A stretch of 64,000 nucleotides of DNA, taken from Octopus vulgaris. Its lineage: Eukaryota. The DNA lies in NCBI GenBank assembly GCA_951406725.2, contig OX597825.1:15500001-15564000 (forward strand). Direction: 5' to 3'. Positions 1-13,246 of the stretch are shown here, piece by piece. Every line of letters begins with the position of its first letter. Position 1 is the first letter of the stretch. A program made the translations under genes and the position numbers. The notes under the pieces were generated by a model. That model made no database searches. It had not been told where the DNA came from and was given only the letters and a program-made list of their open reading frames with translations.

Positions 1-63
1 TAATAACTGATGAGATGCCGGAGCAGACTTCAGCCCCAGTATTCGAAACTCTGAGTTTTATTA
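1..63 (+). ncRNA. Type I hammerhead ribozyme motif (family A, Penelope pLTR-like)
   Basis: Stem I TAATAA (1-6) pairs with TTATTA (58-63); core CTGATGA 7-13; stem II region 14-44; GAAA 45-48; short near-palindromic stem III AC-TCTGA-GT; GUU cleavage triplet 55-57. Stem I may extend beyond the window edge. Confidence 0.7.
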
Positions 64-155
64 TGACAACCAACTAATTGTTACATATTATATTTATAGA
101 TAAATTCTTCTATTTTACAAAATATCGAGGTTCCATTCATTCTTTTGTTGTCATG
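1..155 (+). mobile_element. Short hammerhead-bearing repeat (family A), probable Penelope-like element terminal fragment
   Basis: Downstream tail (ttacatattatatttatagataaattcttctattttacaaaatatcgagg...ttcttttgttg) matches the tail at 30310-30380; ends near a (TA)n tract. Confidence 0.6.
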
Positions 156-176
156 TTATTATTATTAATACATACA

Positions 177-213
<37 letters not shown>

Positions 214-235
214 TTTATTTAAAGCATAGAAAATT

Positions 236-291
236 CAACAAAATCTGTTACTCTGAGTTTCTCGTTGCCGTTCATCAGACAGTTTTTGCTA
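236..291 (-). ncRNA. Minimal type I hammerhead ribozyme (family B), antisense twin
   Basis: Exact reverse complement of the 304-359 motif. Confidence 0.75.
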
Positions 292-303
292 GATTCTAGA
301 TTG

Positions 304-359
304 TAGCAAAAACTGTCTGATGAACGGCAACGAGAAACTCAGAGTAACAGATTTTGTTG
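304..359 (+). ncRNA. Minimal type I hammerhead ribozyme (family B)
   Basis: Stem I tagcaaaaactgt (304-316) pairs with acagattttgttg (347-359), one mismatch plus GU pairs; CTGATGA 317-323; stem II CG-GCAA-CG (GNRA loop); GAAA 334-337; stem III AC-TCAGA-GT; GUA triplet 344-346. Confidence 0.75.
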
Positions 360-454
360 AATTTTCTGCTGCTTTAAATAAAGCGTATTACTCCACCACT
401 GGTATTTGAGTACTCTTTTTTTCCACCTTGTTTCACATTTATGTGTTTACTCCG

Positions 455-514
<60 letters not shown>

Positions 515-516
<2 letters not shown>

Positions 517-588
517 CGGGAAGCTTTATGAAAATAGACAAAAGACGAAGGCAGGTGGAAAACAAACGAACAATTGTATTAGTATTAT
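515..588 (-). repeat. Fragment of family C (TA)n-embedded repeat
   Basis: caaaagacgaaggcaggtggaaaacaaacgaacaattgtattagt resembles 30457-30502 and the reverse complement of 28215-28260. Confidence 0.55.
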
Positions 589-1399
589 ATTATATAAATA
601 TATATATGTATGTATGTATGTATGTATAGTGTATATATATATATTATGTGTTGCAAATGTGTGTGGGTGGGATGTATATTTATAGTTGTAGAGTTCGTAG
701 TTATATAGAGACGCGCATTTATGTGTATGCAAGAAAATATAGTCTGAAGATGGGTGGGTATATATATATAAATTGAAACACTGTATGCCTAGATAAAGAT
801 ACAAAACAAGAGGTTTATAGTCTGGAAAACCAACACAACTCTAGACAATTTTGAATATTTATGTTTCCGAAGTTTAATCATTTAAATTCATCAATCTATA
901 TTTGTTTACACCCTATAGATATTTTTAGGAAGAATTAATTGGAAATGATGCAATGAAATTAAATCTGATCTATTACAAATACAGAGAAAAACAAAAAAGT
1001 ATTAATTGAAAAAGTATGAAGTTGTAAAGAATGCGAATTTATAAATTAATATTTATAAAAAGTATTGAAAAAAAATTGAACCGTTTAGTTTGATATTTTG
1101 ATTTGCAATTATATTAATATATTCAGATCACTTCTGAAATTTGATAAAGGAACATTTAAACAGATTCAGAAACCACGGTATTGTCTGCTATTTCTCTCTC
1201 CTCTCACTCAATTTTGTGATTGAAAAAAAATGTAAAAGAAAAATTACGATGCAGACACGAGTAGACTACTAATGATGTTCTGTAGTATATTTTTTTGTAC
1301 GTTACTATTCTGAGTTCAAAACATGTGAATGTGTTTATTTAGTTTTCATTCCACGTTCGGTACATTTTAGCCTTAAAATAGTTTTTTTTTCTCTTTCTA

Positions 1400-1603
1400 T
1401 TATAGGCAACCGTCCTGAAAATCTGGCGAACAGGAGGCTAGTCCATTCAATGTACTGGACTAGCCTCAACTGGTACTCAAACTATTCACCCCGAAATGAT
1501 AAAAAGCAAAATCGTCTTTGACAGAATTTGAACTCAGAACGTAATCCCGGACGAAATAGCAATAAGAGTTTTTGCCCTGCTTGTTAACCATCCTGCTGGC
1601 TCC
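1400..1603 (-). mobile_element. Diverged tRNA-derived SINE (family 2)
   Basis: ctggtactc...ccccgaaatgataaaaagcaaaatcg...gaatttgaactcagaacgtaa resembles family 2 copies. Confidence 0.65.
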
Positions 1604-1773
1604 CTGTTTCGTTGTTTTTTTTTAGGGAGCATTCATTATTGTGCAACCTGAAATTAGTTAGTAGTTGTACACGTCTAATATAATTCCACCCCACGTGCCT
1701 ATGATATCAGGGATTCTCAATTTTTAGTAGCATAATAGGCCTTGTTTCTATTTGGGTCCCCACTATCATTATT

Positions 1774-2880
1774 ATAAGGTCATCCCGGAAGTAATCTCCG
1801 GATCTTAAATAAGGAAAAGTGATCAAATCTTACATTTTAATGAAACTTAAGTTTCGATATAGTTTCCATGATTATCTATGACATCCTTCCATCTACTTGC
1901 AACCTTTTTAATTTCATTAGTGAAAAACTCGATTTCGAAAAAAACTCTGAATGTTCACTTTCGACTTCCTTAGTTGTTTCGAGAGTTAAGCCAGCGAAAT
2001 GATTTTGTAAACTACGGTACTCGAAGGTAGCAAGGTTTGGGAAATAATACGGTTGAGCAATTTTCATCTAGCTAAGTTCCTCGATATTCTGGGACGAGGT
2101 CTTTGCAGTATGTGGTATTGCATTGTCCTGATGAAATGATACTCCCTCTCGATTCATTAAAACAGGTCTTTTGTTTCAAAAAGAGAGAAACGTCTTCCAT
2201 TTTCGGTTGTGGTTGTGCCTTTTCCCCTTCACCAAGCCAATGTGAACGACGCTTAAAGTTTTGTTAGGAGAGCCGGTTTCCAGTCTGTCCGAAAAGGTCG
2301 AGATGTGTTCACGAGAACGAAGAGAAGAGCCGATATCCACTCGGGATTTGCAGTTCGCTTCAGACAAATTCATTTAGCGAGGTTTCGGGTCTTTCTCAGA
2401 TGTCAAAAATGGCAGTGAACTGTTGTATGACTTAAACGAAGCTTGCTTGCCAATTATTCAACTCAAACTGCGTGATCATTTTCAAGTTCTCCCAAAATGA
2501 GCTTGTCATCAAACTCAATTAGACGTCCAGTTCGGGCCTCTTCTTCAAATATGAAATCTCCAATTCTGAATTTTACAAAACATATTCCGCATCTTCTTTC
2601 ATTCAGGCACTCTTGTCCATAAGCTGAGTGAATAGTTCGAGTCGATTCAGCTGCAGAGTTCCTTTCGTAAACTCATAATGCATTATGTGCCTCAAATGCT
2701 CTTTAAACTCTTCCATGTTTGAAGAGCGCTAATTAGTGAAATTTCAGAAATTTAATTGGTTGAAACATGTTCAAATACCTATAAATATTACTTGACATCA
2801 TTAGACATTCTAAAGTAGTGTTAAAGCGTTTAGAAATTGATAATAATAAGCCATGATATTAGTTATGGAATGACCTGCTA
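1774..2880 (-). mobile_element. Decayed mariner (Tc1/mariner) DNA transposon with transposase pseudogene
   Basis: Imperfect TIRs aaggtcatcccggaagtaat / attagttatggaatgacct. Minus-strand fragments MEEFKEHLRHIMHYEF..NSAAESTRTIHSAYGQECLNERRC..FVKFRIGDF..EARTGRLIEFDD (HTH region) and FHQDNAIPHTAKT (second catalytic Asp). Frameshifts and stops present. Confidence 0.85.
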
Positions 2881-4694
2881 TAACCCATTCACGTCCTTAA
2901 TCAGCTTCTCCGGTTTGAAATATCTGTCATTCTTTTCTGAAGCACACACGGTACTAACTACGGGGCTTTGGATCTCAACATAGAGACTGGCTTCATACGG
3001 TTTAACTGTGGCACACTTGGTAGCACAGGAATATATATGGTAGAGTATAAGCACTAAAAGAAAAAAAAAGAAACTCATACATTATTGTTCGACTCTATTC
3101 ACTAAAGTAAACATATTTTCTCCTTCCGACGAAAAGCACGAGAAGTAAATTTTGTCTATAAATGCACGACGACAGATAAATCGAAATGTAAGGTAACAGC
3201 CCACGGACATACACTATTTGGTATGAGAAAACCTTATTGCTTTTTATAACGATAAACCCTTTTATATCAGATATTTCTTTTTTAGTCAGCACACAACTGA
3301 TACTTTTTGTAAATTAACACAATATATATTATCTCTTACGTAGCAACAACCAATTTACTAAGCTCCTCCGTATATACAATCGCTACATTTTTTTATTAGC
3401 AAAATGAGCAGTCATAGTAATGTCCAAGAATGATAAATGGTTATGAAATATACAAAAGTTGTTTATTTTCTTTTTTTTTTTAACAGATCTATTTTCTTAT
3501 TATGTAGACAAATAAGGCAGCTGCTCTGTGAAGGTATGTCTGTAATACCAATTTTTTTCTTGCTTTACGTTGATAATATATTAACAGTTCATATTTGTAG
3601 TAGCAAATACGTTTTAAATGGCACAAGATATGAAACTCTCTGACTCTAGAACAAATTGTGAAATGGTTAATTTAGGTGATTCCCTTTTGAGATTGCACAG
3701 AAGGAATATATTTACAAGATAAATGGCATAAAACCAAACGAGATTATAAACTTGGGAATGAATTGAATTTCAAAGACTTATATTGTAATAAATTGTACTT
3801 TATGGAAACATTTGTAAAACACATATTGATCAATGCATTCTTAATGCATCTGATAGTCACTATTTATTATTGTGATAAATGTCAGTATTACAGTGGGGGA
3901 TAGAATGTGATCCAGTCTCTTTAATAATTTCACTTTACAATGCCAGCAACATTACCCATGATACATAGTTGAAAGCTTTGCTTTAGCAATTAGTAGAAGA
4001 TTATTAAAAGCAGCTTTGGCCTAAATGGGAGTATTATTAAGCTGATGGCTATCTCTGTGTCAATTACTAAGTTTATAATATTTGTGATGATGGTGGGTCA
4101 TAATGATAATATCATAAAAGATACACACATAACGATGTACAAAGACTACGAAATGGGATGGGAATTAGCATAAATCTTGTAATTGATACATTAGAGAGGT
4201 GGTGGATTAGCGAAATCGTTAGAACATAAAACAAATGCTACGTGGTATTTAGTTAGATACCTTTACGTTCTAAGTTCAAGTACCGTTATCGCCAACTTCC
4301 TTTTTACATTTCAGGGCTCGATGAATTGAAGAAGCATTATGAGAGATGGAACGTAACGTTTAACTAATATTCTGGTCATAATATTAAGAAATTAATATTT
4401 TAGAAATAAGCAACATTTAAACTATTCATACCCATTTCGCAATTATTCTACATTTACTTGATAAATACGGCATTGAGAAACAAATCACGTAGACCTATTT
4501 TACATATAAAATCTATTTTTAAACAGACACCAACACCCACATATGGATAGGTGGATAGCGCGTAATCTTAATTATTACAAAGTACAATTCACAGAAATTC
4601 TGGAGTTATTTAAATGTACCTAGCATTACTGCATAAATTATATGGTAAAAGTATACTTACAGGATTTCTGGTTATATTTAAAATTTCTATTTCT

Positions 4695-4927
4695 ATTTCT
4701 TTACTACCCACAAGGGGTTAAACACAGAGGGGACGAACAAGGACAGACAAATGGATTAAGTTGATTATATCGACCCCAGTGCGTAACTGGTACTTATTTA
4801 ATCGACCCCGAAAGGGTGAAAGGCAAAGTCGACCTCGGCGGAATTTGAACTCAGAACGTAGCGGCAGACGAAATACGGCTACGCATTTCGCCCGGCGTGC
4901 TAACGTTTCTGCCAGCTCGCCGCCCTA
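4695..4927 (-). mobile_element. tRNA-derived SINE family 2, full length with TSD
   Basis: Head ggcggcgagctggcagaaacgttagc (A box) and gagttcaaattcc (B box); central gcctttcaccctttcggggtcgattaaataagtaccag; flanking direct repeat ttatatttaaaatttctatttct (4672-4694 / 4928-4950). Confidence 0.9.
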
Positions 4928-7639
4928 TTATATTTAAAATTTCTATTTCTTTGAGTAACGTAACTCTTTATTGCAGCTCTATGGGATCAATAACTGTTGA
5001 AAAGGAAAATATTCTTATCGCCTTAACAGCATTATCGACTGTGATGAATACAAAGACAAGAGCAACATCATCAACATAACAAAAACGATAACAGCAAGAA
5101 CCAAATTTACGATAGCTCTAACATAAATAACTACAGTGAAATGCTTGAATAGGACTACAATAGGGAATAATTCATTCTCGGAATATAAAGGGACAGATTT
5201 CGGTAACAGCCTCCAATCTTTTAAAACGTGCAATGCGATTTTACGGACGTCCTCTCTGTTATTGCGTTTACAATACAGTTCTTCAAAATTTAACGTTTTA
5301 TTAAAATTTATCTAAGAATTCCAAGTTACAAATCATTATTCGTGGTGCAATCAGTCAGAAAACCAATACGCCTTAAGAATTTAGTACAAGAAAGAGATCG
5401 TGTTTTAGACAACAAATAGATAATTTTGTTGAAAGCCAAACGTTATAATGAAAAAACTGAATGAAACACCAAAAGACCAGATTAAATGTTCAAATTAGGG
5501 TTTTAATTCGCATATTTTGTAAGTACGACATGCCTATGGATAAAATACACTTTTAGATACACAATCAAATATCAGCATATATATACATTTGTGTGTATGT
5601 ATATATGTATATATATTTTTATATATTTTATATATATATAGTTTTTTTATGTATTATATATATATATATCTATATATACATACATACATATATCTATATA
5701 TATGTATTTATGTATGTATGTATGTATGTATCTATCTATCTATCTATCTATCTATGTATATTGATATTGATATTGACACACGTATATATGGTTGATTCTC
5801 TATCACTGCTGCTATATATGAATACTCCCGTAATTAAACAATGGTTCACGTTTAGTTCGAACACTCATGTACCATTAGATGCAGATATTTCAGGTAAGAT
5901 AACTTCAAAGAAAAACGTAATGTTATTCGGTAAAATGTAACAATATGATAAAGCTGTAAGAAACCTCGATTTGAAGATAGCTTGGCATTAAGTCACGTTA
6001 ATGAGATCATATAATCTCATTTAGTTGCGCACATTTTATATAATACTAAGTATGTTTAGATGAGGTAATGGCTTGTACAGCGTAATGAATAATTATAAAG
6101 TTAGTAAGATGGTTATGGCGAGATCTATTGCATTCTTTGACTACAGGTCAGGCGTTACAACCAAGGCTGTAATTATGAACCGAATAAACTCTGATATATA
6201 GACAGGTTTTACTTAGTTTCCTCCTACAAATTATATTACTGTGGGCTGATACTATCTTTTTTTAACAAATGTTAAACGTAGTGGCATGGAAACAAAGCAC
6301 TGCGTACGAAAATCTTTTGTGCGTTGTAATTCGATTTCGAGTTAATATTTACTCATAATTCGGTAGACTCTATGTTACAATAATTCTTTGATGAAGAAAT
6401 ACATTGTTTGAAATCTATGGTAAGTGTTATTCAATAAATAGTAATTATAAACTTTTTTTTGTTCAGAAAATCTCGTTCGTTCAAAATGAGTCACTCTGAT
6501 ATCGTGTGTGGACATGGTAATTCAATATTTGAAGTTATTATATGCCATAGATCTAAAAAAAAAACTTAAAAGTTTGTCATAAAATCTAGGACTAATAAGT
6601 AATTTTATGATATGGGTAACGATGTTTATTATGATTTTCTGTAAATAATCTTTGTGTCAAAACGTATGTTAATTCAATAAACGAGGCGTTGGTTATTTAG
6701 TTGAACATCGTCATGTTTCTCATTCGAAAGCATAAAAAGTCTGAGTTGGATAAAGTGAAATGCAAATCTGCTTATAATTTCATACATTAGGTCTCCATCA
6801 CATCCCCACTTATTTATAATACTTACATTATCGCGCTGTTCGCTAACCTCGTTGACGTACTTAGCTATGCATACAAACATATACGATTTGAAATGCCAGA
6901 GCACGTACTTAATTTATAAATTAAAGTCCTTGAACAAATAAGTAATGCGTGAGACATAGTACAATAAACATAATATCCCTACAAAGCCTTATTCGTTGAC
7001 GAACATGCATGTTGAAACCTTTTCTAATGTTTGCTGATAGCCTGTGGACAAGACATTATAAATCATTACAGTAATTCACGATGCAAGAAAATTTTAGCCA
7101 TGCACAATGTCGATTTTTTAAAGATCCTTTTACAGATATCTCGCTTGAATTGCAGTTTTCTAAACGCATTGCGGCTTATGATATTCACATCATCATTTCA
7201 GTCGTAAGCAGTGCGTTTAGGATTTAACTTATTCAGTTAGACGCTTTACTAGCTGCATGGGTAGTCGACAGTGAATTTATGAAGTTACACTCAATTAACT
7301 ACCTCGAAAAACAAGATTTTAAACTTAGAAATTGATGTTTAGTTGCATTTATTCAAATTATTATAGTTATATTATGTTAGCAAGAAAGTAATTTCGTTTT
7401 TTGCAAATAGAGTCACAATCTTTTTCAATGGCATTTGTCAATGTTATGGTTTTTTCCTTTTGACATTTGATAGCCATTACTTTTAGCTTACTTTAGAACT
7501 ACTAGAAGTTCGATGAGTGCCATGAAAGATGAAGTTGCCAGAAAGATGGCAAAAGGTCATCGAACACAATGGAAAATATATAATTGATTAAAGTTCATTT
7601 TTGTATGAAAATAATGACTTTTATTTCACACTAAAATCA

Positions 7640-8860
7640 GCCACGTGGTAGACATGAGACCAAGGTGGATAAGGATGGGCTAGAAACTGTAGTGGGCGCG
7701 GATACATCTCAAACTACGCGTGAGGCAGCAGCAAGGTTTGATGTCTCAATTCCAACTGCATTGAATCATCTGAAACAGATCGGCAAGGTAAAGAAACTGG
7801 ACAAGTGGATACCACACGAACTGAACGTGCATCAAATTACACATCGTCTTGAAACTTGCTGTTCTTTGCTGTCACAGCATAAAAGCGAACAATTTTAGCA
7901 TCGTATTCTTGCGTGTGATGAAAACTGGATATTCTTCAACAATAGCAAGCGTTCAGCACTGTGAGTGGACAGAAAGAACTGCCAAACACAATCCCAAAAA
8001 GAATATTCTCCAAAACCAGTTGAAAGGGCAAGCGCTGGTGCCATCCACTACAGCTTCATAAGAGCTGGTAAGTCAATTACAGCGGATATATATATATATA
8101 CATATCAGCCGTTTGGATGAAATGATGAATGAACTTGCAAATAAACAACAGATATTGGTCAATTTTCATGAAAGAAAATACTCGGCCACAGGAACTGAAC
8201 TTGGAAGTACTCTGTCACCAGACCTTGCATCAACTGACTATCACGTTTCCCAAGTATTACTCTTTTACTCTTACTTGTTTCAGTCATGTGACTGTTGCCA
8301 TGCAGGAGCACCGCCTTTAGTCGGGAAAATCGACCCCAGGACTTATTCTTTGTAAGCCTAGTACTTATTCTATCGGTCTCTTTTGCCGAACCGCTAAGTT
8401 ACAGGGACTAAACACACCAGCATTGATTGTCAAGCGATGTTGGGGGGACAAACACAGACACACAAACACACACAGACACACATATACGACGGGCTTCATT
8501 CAGTTTCCGTCTACCAAATCCACTCACAAGGTTTGGTCGGCCCAAGGCTATAGTAGAAGACACTTGCCCAAAGTCGCACGCAGTGGGACTGAACCCAGAA
8601 CCATGTGGTTGGTAAGCAAGCTACTTAACACACAGCCACTCCCGCATCTAGACAATAGTTTGCAAAGAAAAAAACTTCAAATCTGAAGAAGATGCAAAAA
8701 CAGCATTTCCTGATTTCATCACCCCTCTTTTACCAGAATTCTTCGCTGCCGGCATGAATAGGCTTCCGATAAAATGGCAAAATGTTATTGATAATTTTGC
8801 TGCATGCTTTAACTGCATTGCTTTCAGTTCAAAATCGGACATTTCATTCTTAAGGATCTG
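7640..8860 (+). pseudogene. Mariner transposase remnant (Mos1/Hsmar1-like), interrupted by a SINE
   Basis: ORF 7665-7898 SQTTREAAARFDVSIPTALNHLKQIGKVKKLDKWIPHEL (WVPHEL motif); CDENWIF; SPDLASTDYH (YSPDL motif); after the SINE, LDNSLQ..EEDAKTAF..EFFAAGMNRLPIKWQNVID. Confidence 0.9.
8258..8645 (-). mobile_element. tRNA-derived SINE family 1 (CORE-like central domain), full length
   Basis: Minus-strand head ggagtggctgtgtg..aagtagcttgc..gggttcagtccc, CORE-like ttgggcaagtgtcttctactatagcc, internal CA/TA repeat, tail gactgaaacaagtaagagtaaaagag. Confidence 0.9.
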
Positions 8861-9119
8861 ATGTATTTGTGTCGTTTATGATTTGCATATTTATTAATTG
8901 TTGGTAGGGACACCACATTTCGTTTATCAGCTATAATATACCACCTACTTAGTAGCTATTTTAGTAATGTATTCGAAGATATTCAATTGGTTGGCTGTGA
9001 GACTGAAAGAGGGCAATAAATCTTGAAATACGCACATACATCCATTACCTAGTTTTCTATCTTCGATTGCATTACATAGACATATTCATATTTCCATAGT
9101 AATTTTTATATACGAATCG

Positions 9120-9555
9120 GGATCTTTTCGGTTTGAACGGCAGTTTTTAACATAATTTCTAGGTAATTAAAAAATTTTAAACTTCGTATACTGGTAGAAT
9201 GTGTTTATAAAACATCTTTTTCTCTTGGTTTTATTGAGAAAATTCTATAGTTTGTAAGATATTTATTGTTTTTTTTTTCTTAAATTTCTGCAATTTCAAC
9301 CAATCAAATACGTCTATTGAGGAAAAAAAACATTCTGTGCCGTACGAATATGTCCCCCGTTTAAGAAACAGATTGGGTTTATTTACATTTGTGAAGAAAA
9401 ACAGATACCCTTTCCCATACCCCTAACCCTAACCCTAACTAACCCTAACCGTAAAACAGATTGAAATGCAATAGATCGATGCTAGGGTCATAATTATGGG
9501 TGACAATTTCATATGACGCCGTTAGAAAAAACTGCCGTTCAAACCGAAAAGATCC
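9120..9555. mobile_element. Non-autonomous TIR DNA transposon (MITE) with 8-bp TSD and internal telomere-type repeats
   Basis: TIR ggatcttttcggtttgaacggcagttttt / aaaaactgccgttcaaaccgaaaagatcc; flanks acgaatcg (9112-9119) and acgaaacg (9556-9563); (CCCTAA)n at 9421-9450. Confidence 0.85.
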
Positions 9556-10202
9556 ACGAAACGTTATAACTTTTAGTATTGGCTCTAAATTCCACAGAAA
9601 ATCTGTAGAGATATACTTAAAAATAAATACATATATATATATATACATCCACGCATACATATAAATGTGTATGTGTACGTGTGCGTACGTGCGTCAGTTG
9701 TAATTGTGTGATTTATGCACGTATTAGTGTTTGTGTTACTGTTTCTATTTATCTACAACAGAAACAATAGTCGCCCGCAGCGTGTGAAGACAGAACTATG
9801 AAAAGCGTATACAAATTAAAACAAAGAATACTAAATCTTTCTGTAACTGTTAAGACGTTTTTAGACATTTGTAGTCTGTGCATATGGCTACAAGGAATGT
9901 CAGGCATTGCTATCTCATCACAATAATAAACATAGCTGGGATGTTAGCAGCTGCCTTGAACATTTTAATCTCACTTCAAAGTTTTCCTATTTTGATAAAG
10001 TCTATAAAACAACGTAAGCGGCGTTTTCTCATCAGATAAATGTTTAGGTAATTTCTCCCGTAGAAGTTTCCTATTGTTGACCTACATCTTCGAATAGCGT
10101 TTCTATATTTCTAAACTATTTCAGTTATAGCAAACGATTCTGATATCTTTATCAAAATTATATGAATGTAAGATTCTACATATGCGTTTATATACGTGTG
10201 CT

Positions 10203-10237
<35 letters not shown>

Positions 10238-10296
10238 AGGCATACAAATATACATGGCTACGTTGTCCTGTATGTGTGAGTATATACATTTTATAT

Positions 10297-10690
10297 ACTC
10301 TTTTTTACTCTTTACTCGTTTCAGTCATTTGACTGCGGCCATGCTGGAGCACCGCCTTTAGTCGACCAAATCGACCCCAGGACTTATTCTTTGTAAGCCT
10401 AGTATTTATTCTATCGGTCTCTTTTGCCGAACCGCTAAGTTACGGGGACGTAAACACACCAGTATCGGTTGTCAAGCGATGCTGGGGGAACAAACACAGA
10501 CACACGAGCATATATATATATATGTATGACGGGCTTCTTTCAGTTTCCGTCTACCAAATCTACTTAAAAGGCTTCGGTCGGGCCGAGGCTATAGTAGAAG
10601 ACACTTGCCCAAGATGCCACACAGTGGCATTGAACCCGGAACCATGTGGTTGGTAAGCAAACTACGTACCACACAGCCACTCCTACGCCT
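10297..10690 (-). mobile_element. SINE family 1, full length
   Basis: Closely similar to 8258-8645 along its length. Confidence 0.9.
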
Positions 10691-10794
10691 ATATGTACAT
10701 GTTTTGATATGTATTTATGTGTTGTGTGGGTGTGTTTGTGTTTTTCTGTTTGTAGACCACATCTCGTATTATGGCTCTTGGGAGTAATATTTAT

Positions 10795-11120
10795 TTTATC
10801 TTTATTTTCTATTTTACTTGTTTTAGTCATTACACAATGGCCACGCTGGGGCACCACCTACAAGGGTTCAGTCTGACAAATCGACCCCAGAATTCTCTTC
10901 TAAGTCCGGTTCTTATTCTAAAATGCTCGAGAATTTAGGTGAAATCCTTAGTGATATTTCGTCTGCCACTACGTTTTCATTTCAAATTCCACAGAGGTGG
11001 ACTTTGCCTTTCATCATTACGAGTTCTGTACAATAATTACGAGTTGACCACTGGGGTCGATGTAATCGACCATTTCCCTATCTAAAATTCCAGGCATTGT
11101 GCCTAATGTAGGAAAGATTA
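10795..11120. mobile_element. Diverged SINE fragments (family 1 tail on minus strand, then family 2 body on plus strand)
   Basis: tacttgttttagtcatt...aaatcgacccca, followed by tatttcgtctgcc...actttgcctttcatc...ctggggtcgatgtaatcgac. Confidence 0.65.
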
Positions 11121-12055
11121 TTTAAAGCTTTATCAACTTCGAGTCGGACCGTTAGAACACTTTCAAAAATATTTCCTTATCTTTTGGATTTCTTGTTTGC
11201 TTTACTACTTTGATTCCTTGAGGTCATCTCAGGCGTCTTCAGTTCCTTGACAATGTTTTCTATCAACTTACTAGCGTAGTTGTAAACGGCTGACTTTTAT
11301 ATTTATCTACAAATAAACTAGTAGTATACTAGATGCAGTGCACGTTCTGATAAATTAATATTTCTGAACCGAAATCACAATTACAAGAAATACACGAATG
11401 AGAAACATATAACATGTTTTCTTATTGAAATAAACATTGTTACCAAAACATTACTTCTTCAGTGAATGATCTTCATCTAAATCATTTATCATTTATTCAA
11501 ACATCATATTATCTTATGATTCTTTTGTTTGTATTGGCGGAGGAAATCGTGTCGAGTCAAATCTTGGCTGTCGCACCTATTCACGTAGACAACATATTCG
11601 GTAAATATATTTTGAGGAAATTTTCTGTTGCTGCATATTTTTCTCATTGGATATTACATAATGCTTTTGCTACAACGTTTATATATCAATTTTATAGATT
11701 TTACCTACTTATATATCAATTACAAGCATTAAAATTAAAGAATAACATTCTGACTAATAGTTTTGTGAGAGATAGCTGTCTATTATGGATTTAGAACAAT
11801 CTAGACAAAAGTATTGGTGCCAAAATCTAACTTGGACAAACAACCTCATTTCTAAAATAAACATGTCTCAAGTATTAACTGTGATATATTGTCAACATAA
11901 CTAGCAGAAAGCTGGAATCATTTTGTACATTATTCATGTTAACAAGGATGTGTATATATGTGAGCACGTACGTATATATATTTTTGTATGCATATATTAT
12001 GTGTGTGTGTGTACATATAAATGTAAATATATGTATGTAAGTAATTTCTATTTAC

Positions 12056-12089
<34 letters not shown>

Positions 12090-12680
12090 TTAAAGTCTAA
12101 GTTTGTACTAGTTGAAGCAGTAAGATTTCTACAAGATATAGAGAAAGACTTTCTGCGTAGAACAACAAAGTTGGTTGATTCTAGTATTGAGATCTTCGAA
12201 TTCACTAAAATAACTAAGAATAAGCAACGTGTTAAAAGCAAGGAGTACCTGATTGTTTGAAGTATAGGGATTTATTTTTTTTATTTTCGGGGTGAAAGAA
12301 ACGCAAAATTGGAATCTACTCAATTTATTGACAGATAAAATATTGATTTGCCCAGTCAGCTTCTAACTTAATAACACCACCTGATAGGATCTATTAAGTC
12401 ATTTTTAAGTGAAGTTTTGTGATAACACGACCCATTTAAGTAGGGAGTTGTTGTTGACTGAAATGTATTCAGATATAGGTGGCTTATCCGTTATTCCCTA
12501 AAGCATTTGTCCAGTTTCGTATAAGGGCCATTAGATCTTTTCTTCTTCGATTCGTTTTGGAATAGGCTTAAAAAGAGCCGGACCTGGTAAGGAAAAGAAA
12601 TTGTATTGCAGTGAACTCATGTGTTGTAATCCAGAACTGTGCAGAATGCATGTGGCACATGTACATACATGCTTGTGTGT

Positions 12681-12718
<38 letters not shown>

Positions 12719-13000
12719 GATATTTTTACTAGAAGACAGTAACTTCGAATGTTTGGCTTGCTAGGCTTTAATCTGTCCAACGAAGGCTATCTATCTGGGA
12801 CACTAAAGTCACTGTTTCTCCGCTTCTTCTAAATGTTTGATAAACATGTACCCTAATAAATGTGTTTTATTGTGTTTGTGGAGAGGGTAAGCATTTGTGT
12901 AAATCCAGTTTATATTCAATATATTTCAAGATCTGTTAAGCTCCACAGAATGTTCCCTTCCTCCGTTCATGTGGATATGTTTATAGTGTTTCTCTTTCCC

Positions 13001-13063
<63 letters not shown>

Positions 13064-13068
<5 letters not shown>

Positions 13069-13246
13069 ATCCAAACATGAAAACACAAAAGAGAAAACAC
13101 AACAATGCGAGGACGTGGAACAAATATTGGACGCTCAGTAGAGAAGGAAAGGAGGGCCTAACGTTTCGATCGGAGCTCTTCGTCTGAAACATAGAAAAAG
13201 GAAAGGTCCAAGGAAGGGAAGACGGAGGAAAAAATCGCCAACGGTA

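Larger units (their letters stand above)
213..383. repeat. Fold-back inverted repeat: perfect 64-bp arms 228-291 and 304-367, 12-nt loop
   Basis: agaaaattcaaca...gtttttgcta is the exact reverse complement of tagcaaaaac...tgttgaattttct; outer arms ctttatttaaagca/tgctttaaataaag; flanked by (TA)n. Confidence 0.95.

Noticed and set aside
9421-9450. True telomere or chromosome-fusion relic
   Set aside because: Only about five units, on one strand, enclosed by transposon TIRs.
11462-11794. 110-aa ORF in unique AT-rich DNA
   Set aside because: No recognisable motif, GTG start, composition matches background.
12470-12592. Possible exon between ttcag and ctg|gtaag
   Set aside because: All three frames contain stop codons; no supporting neighbouring exons.
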